A stretch of DNA of 64,000 nt, from the NCBI GenBank assembly GCA_048941015.1, contig JBHLNZ010000005.1, forward strand, positions 25,089 through 89,088, read 5' to 3'. Within the stretch, counting starts at the first letter, position 1, and each line of letters begins with the position of its first letter. The notes under the pieces are model-generated. The model ran no database searches and was not told where the DNA came from. It saw only the letters and a list, made by a program, of their open reading frames with translations. Shown here piece after piece: positions 61,618-64,000 of this stretch. The DNA is from Promethearchaeota archaeon (GTDB lineage: Archaea; Asgardarchaeota; Lokiarchaeia; Sigyniarchaeales; SOKP01). A program made the position numbers and the translations under genes.

Positions 61618-61703
61618 CTTATAAAGATCTAATCAATCATATAAAAAAGATAATAATTATTAAGTTTCATAATTTATTTATTTTTTGATTTTCCTATAAG
61701 AAA

Positions 61704-63065
61704 TCATGATTTTTTAATATTAAGCACATCCAACTTCTTACATAATAAAGGAATGCCAAAAATTTCAGAAAAGGAGGGTTGAGTTCTTCCTTCATCACCA
61801 TTAATTAATTCTTTTATATAAGTACCCCCTTGAGTTTCAATAATAAATTCAAATAAGTTTGAATTAACAAAGTTCCCTTTAATGTTATAAATATATTTCT
61901 CTCTAACTTTATTAGCACGTCTATGAGCTACTCTTAAAGGGGTCTTCTGCTGTATCTTTTTATTTTCAAAATTATTTCTTAGTTCAAGTTCTTTTCTTTC
62001 AAAATCTTCTTTCGATAATCTTTTTTCAGAGTATACTAAAGCTTTATAAATTTTATTTGTATTTTCGGCATTATTTTTCAGTTTTATAATATGCCGCTTA
62101 TTAGTAAACTTTAAATTAAAAACTTGAACTTTTCTTTTATTTTTTTTGTTAGATTTTTTTTGGATTTTATTTAAATTTAGGGATCTTACTTTTGGATTAA
62201 TTAATTCAATAATAAAGGGTCGACCTTCACCAAGCATCCTTACATCAATATCTTCTCTCCCTGCTCCATGGAATTTTGATGTTTCAGATTTAGAATGCTT
62301 AATAAATTCAGGAGATATTAACTCTTCAACGCTGGTAGTATATTGTTTACCAGTAAAATTACATGAGATACAGCCTTTTCCCAAGCATTTCTTACAATCC
62401 CAGTGCGTTTGAGGTATTCCTCTTATGAATTTTTTATATTTCCCATAAATAAAGAGGGATCTAACTAATAATTCTATTTCAAAATTATCATAACCTAAAT
62501 TAAATATAATGGTAATTTCAGGATTAATAAATTCGGGAGGTTTTTCTAAAGAATTTGTTAATAACTTTCCCACTTCTCTATTAAAATGGCTTTTAAAGCT
62601 TTCAGATTCTAACAAGTTAAACTCTGCTTTAAATTTATCTTCATTATTAGCTATTGCTGTATCTAACTTAGTACCTACTAGTAAAGTCTCAAATTCAAAT
62701 GCTTTTAGTTCTTTAATAGCTCTTTCAGTATACTTATTCAAATCATTAAAAACATCATGACATAGATGACAAATTTTAGATTTTAAAACATTTTTAGATG
62801 TTAAACCTTCATTTTCTAAAACTTTTTGAGCAGGTAAGAAAGAAGCATTTTCAGCTAAAATTTTTAAATTTTCGATTGAATTCTTTGTTTCTTGATCTTG
62901 ATTTAAGTAATTTCTGTGATATTCCATTGTCATTGAAAGCAATAAAGAGTTGCCTCTTTCTTGATTTGTTGTAGATGTCCCTAATAGAGAAAACATTCTG
63001 CCTAAACAATGAACACAAATATGATATTTGCGGTAAATATCTAGTATTTTTTCAAAAATACTCAT
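61704..63065 (-). CDS. pus10: tRNA pseudouridine(54/55) synthase Pus10
   Basis: CVHCLGRMF, THUMP domain, FHGAGREDIDVRMLG, GTYIKELINGDEGRT. Confidence 0.96.
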   Translation of the reverse strand: MSIFEKILDIYRKYHICVHCLGRMFSLLGTSTTNQERGNSLLLSMTMEYHRNYLNQDQETKNSIENLKILAENASFLPAQKVLENEGLTSKNVLKSKICHLCHDVFNDLNKYTERAIKELKAFEFETLLVGTKLDTAIANNEDKFKAEFNLLESESFKSHFNREVGKLLTNSLEKPPEFINPEITIIFNLGYDNFEIELLVRSLFIYGKYKKFIRGIPQTHWDCKKCLGKGCISCNFTGKQYTTSVEELISPEFIKHSKSETSKFHGAGREDIDVRMLGEGRPFIIELINPKVRSLNLNKIQKKSNKKNKRKVQVFNLKFTNKRHIIKLKNNAENTNKIYKALVYSEKRLSKEDFERKELELRNNFENKKIQQKTPLRVAHRRANKVREKYIYNIKGNFVNSNLFEFIIETQGGTYIKELINGDEGRTQPSFSEIFGIPLLCKKLDVLNIKKS

Positions 63066-63256
63066 AACTAAGAACTATAATATATGATTACTTTTGTTTT
63101 TATTGCTTTCAGCTATAGAATCATTTTCTTGGAAAAAATTTTAAGATTTGGGTTTATTTTCCTATTTAATTCTTAAGTTAATGAATTAGAGCCTTAATTT
63201 AGAACAGAGTTAAGTAAGAAATCTTTCTACAATAAATGCGGAATAAGTTGTTAAAT

Positions 63257-63493
63257 ATGCCAAAAAGGGTAAAAGGATATGTAAAATGGTTCGATTATAA
63301 AAAGGGATATGATTTTATTACAGTAGATGATAAAAAAGACGTATTTATTCATTTTTCTAATATTAATATGGAAGGATTTAAAAAACTGGATGATGGAGAT
63401 GAAGCTGAATTGGAAATCAAAGAATCTGAAGATAATAAAGGACCAGAAGCATTAAATGTAAAAATTCTAGTAAAAGATAAGCGATATCTATAA
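63257..63493 (+). CDS. csp: Cold-shock domain protein
   Basis: GYVKWFD, KGYDFI (RNP1), DVFIHFS (RNP2), KGPEALNV. Confidence 0.92.
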   Translation: MPKRVKGYVKWFDYKKGYDFITVDDKKDVFIHFSNINMEGFKKLDDGDEAELEIKESEDNKGPEALNVKILVKDKRYL

Positions 63494-63560
63494 AAAACTG
63501 ATTTAACATCTTCTTTTTTTTAATAAAATAATAAGAAAAAAAAGGGATTAGATTAATTTA

Positions 63561-64000
63561 TTATTTTCTTTCCCAGTCAAAATCAAGAGTGACAAATTTT
63601 CTCGTATAAAAGTAAGTAATAAGGAGGATTACAGAGCATATGGGTCCCCATAAAACTAATCCTATTGAATAGGTTAAAGTACCAACTGTAATTTCTGGTA
63701 AAGACAATACAGCTCCAACAATCAGTGGACCAAAAGCTTGAAATATATTAAGTAATATACTTGGAAAGCCTGTATATATTCCTGCTTTTAAATCTCCCGT
63801 ACGTCTTTGATCATCTTCAGCTAAATCCGCATAATAGATATAAGGGAAGAGGTTCCAGCCAGCTAAAGCTGCAGCAATAATAAGAATAAAGATTATGGCA
63901 AAAATAATATTCGATGCAAAAGTAAAAAGACCTAATAACGATGTTGGCAAAAGTATTATTGCAAATAAGAATAATAACAAGAGTGCTCTCTTTTTACCCA
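63561..64000 (-). CDS. GPH-family MFS transporter, C-terminal part (runs off window end)
   Basis: GKKRALL, YADLAEDDQRRTGDLKAGIYTG, TM segments; frame open to the edge. Confidence 0.8.
   Translation of the reverse strand, partial: GKKRALLLLFLFAIILLPTSLLGLFTFASNIIFAIIFILIIAAALAGWNLFPYIYYADLAEDDQRRTGDLKAGIYTGFPSILLNIFQAFGPLIVGAVLSLPEITVGTLTYSIGLVLWGPICSVILLITYFYTRKFVTLDFDWERK

Noticed and set aside
1935-62760. Short ORFs in the track that overlap long genes (e.g. 1935-2189, 3162-3386, 4532-4912, 7235-7570, 27373-27720, 30452-30640, 42284-42574, 60590-60781, 62146-62412)
   Set aside because: Antisense or off-frame shadows of well-supported genes with no recognisable motifs
1-64000. CRISPR arrays, tRNA/rRNA genes, IS elements, provirus
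   Set aside because: No spaced direct repeats, GC-rich structured RNA, transposase, integrase or capsid genes seen by eye; tRNAscan-SE and Infernal would confirm

Overview
AT-rich archaeal chromosomal window with dense core informational genes: EF-2-like, EF-1alpha, aIF5B, aIF2alpha, RNAP Rpo1N/1C/4/11, TFS, NusA, r-proteins, PCNA-PriL-PriS-GINS, RFC, exosome Csl4 and tRNA/rRNA modification enzymes. It also carries uvrBA, a giant STT3/AglB, three Ras-superfamily small GTPases, a longin-like protein, a histone and a sugar-utilisation patch (GPH-MFS, GH127, AKR, SDR, IlvC-like). The GTPases, longin fold, non-HRG EF-2 and eukaryote-like STT3 motifs point to Asgard archaea, most likely Lokiarchaeia (inference). 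No rRNA, tRNA, CRISPR array, intein or mobile element was recognised. Main leads: (1) a winged-HTH + ATP-cone + catalytically dead class III RNR fusion with upstream palindromes, a candidate (d)NTP-sensing regulator; (2) several genes that must start at non-canonical codons (ATA, GTT/ATT), including a 160-aa gene missed by the ORF track; (3) an EF-2 lacking the diphthamide HRG motif; (4) STT3 with five extra Ig-like repeats; (5) a short appended module on the Rpo1N C-terminus. All family calls come from motif recognition, not database searches.
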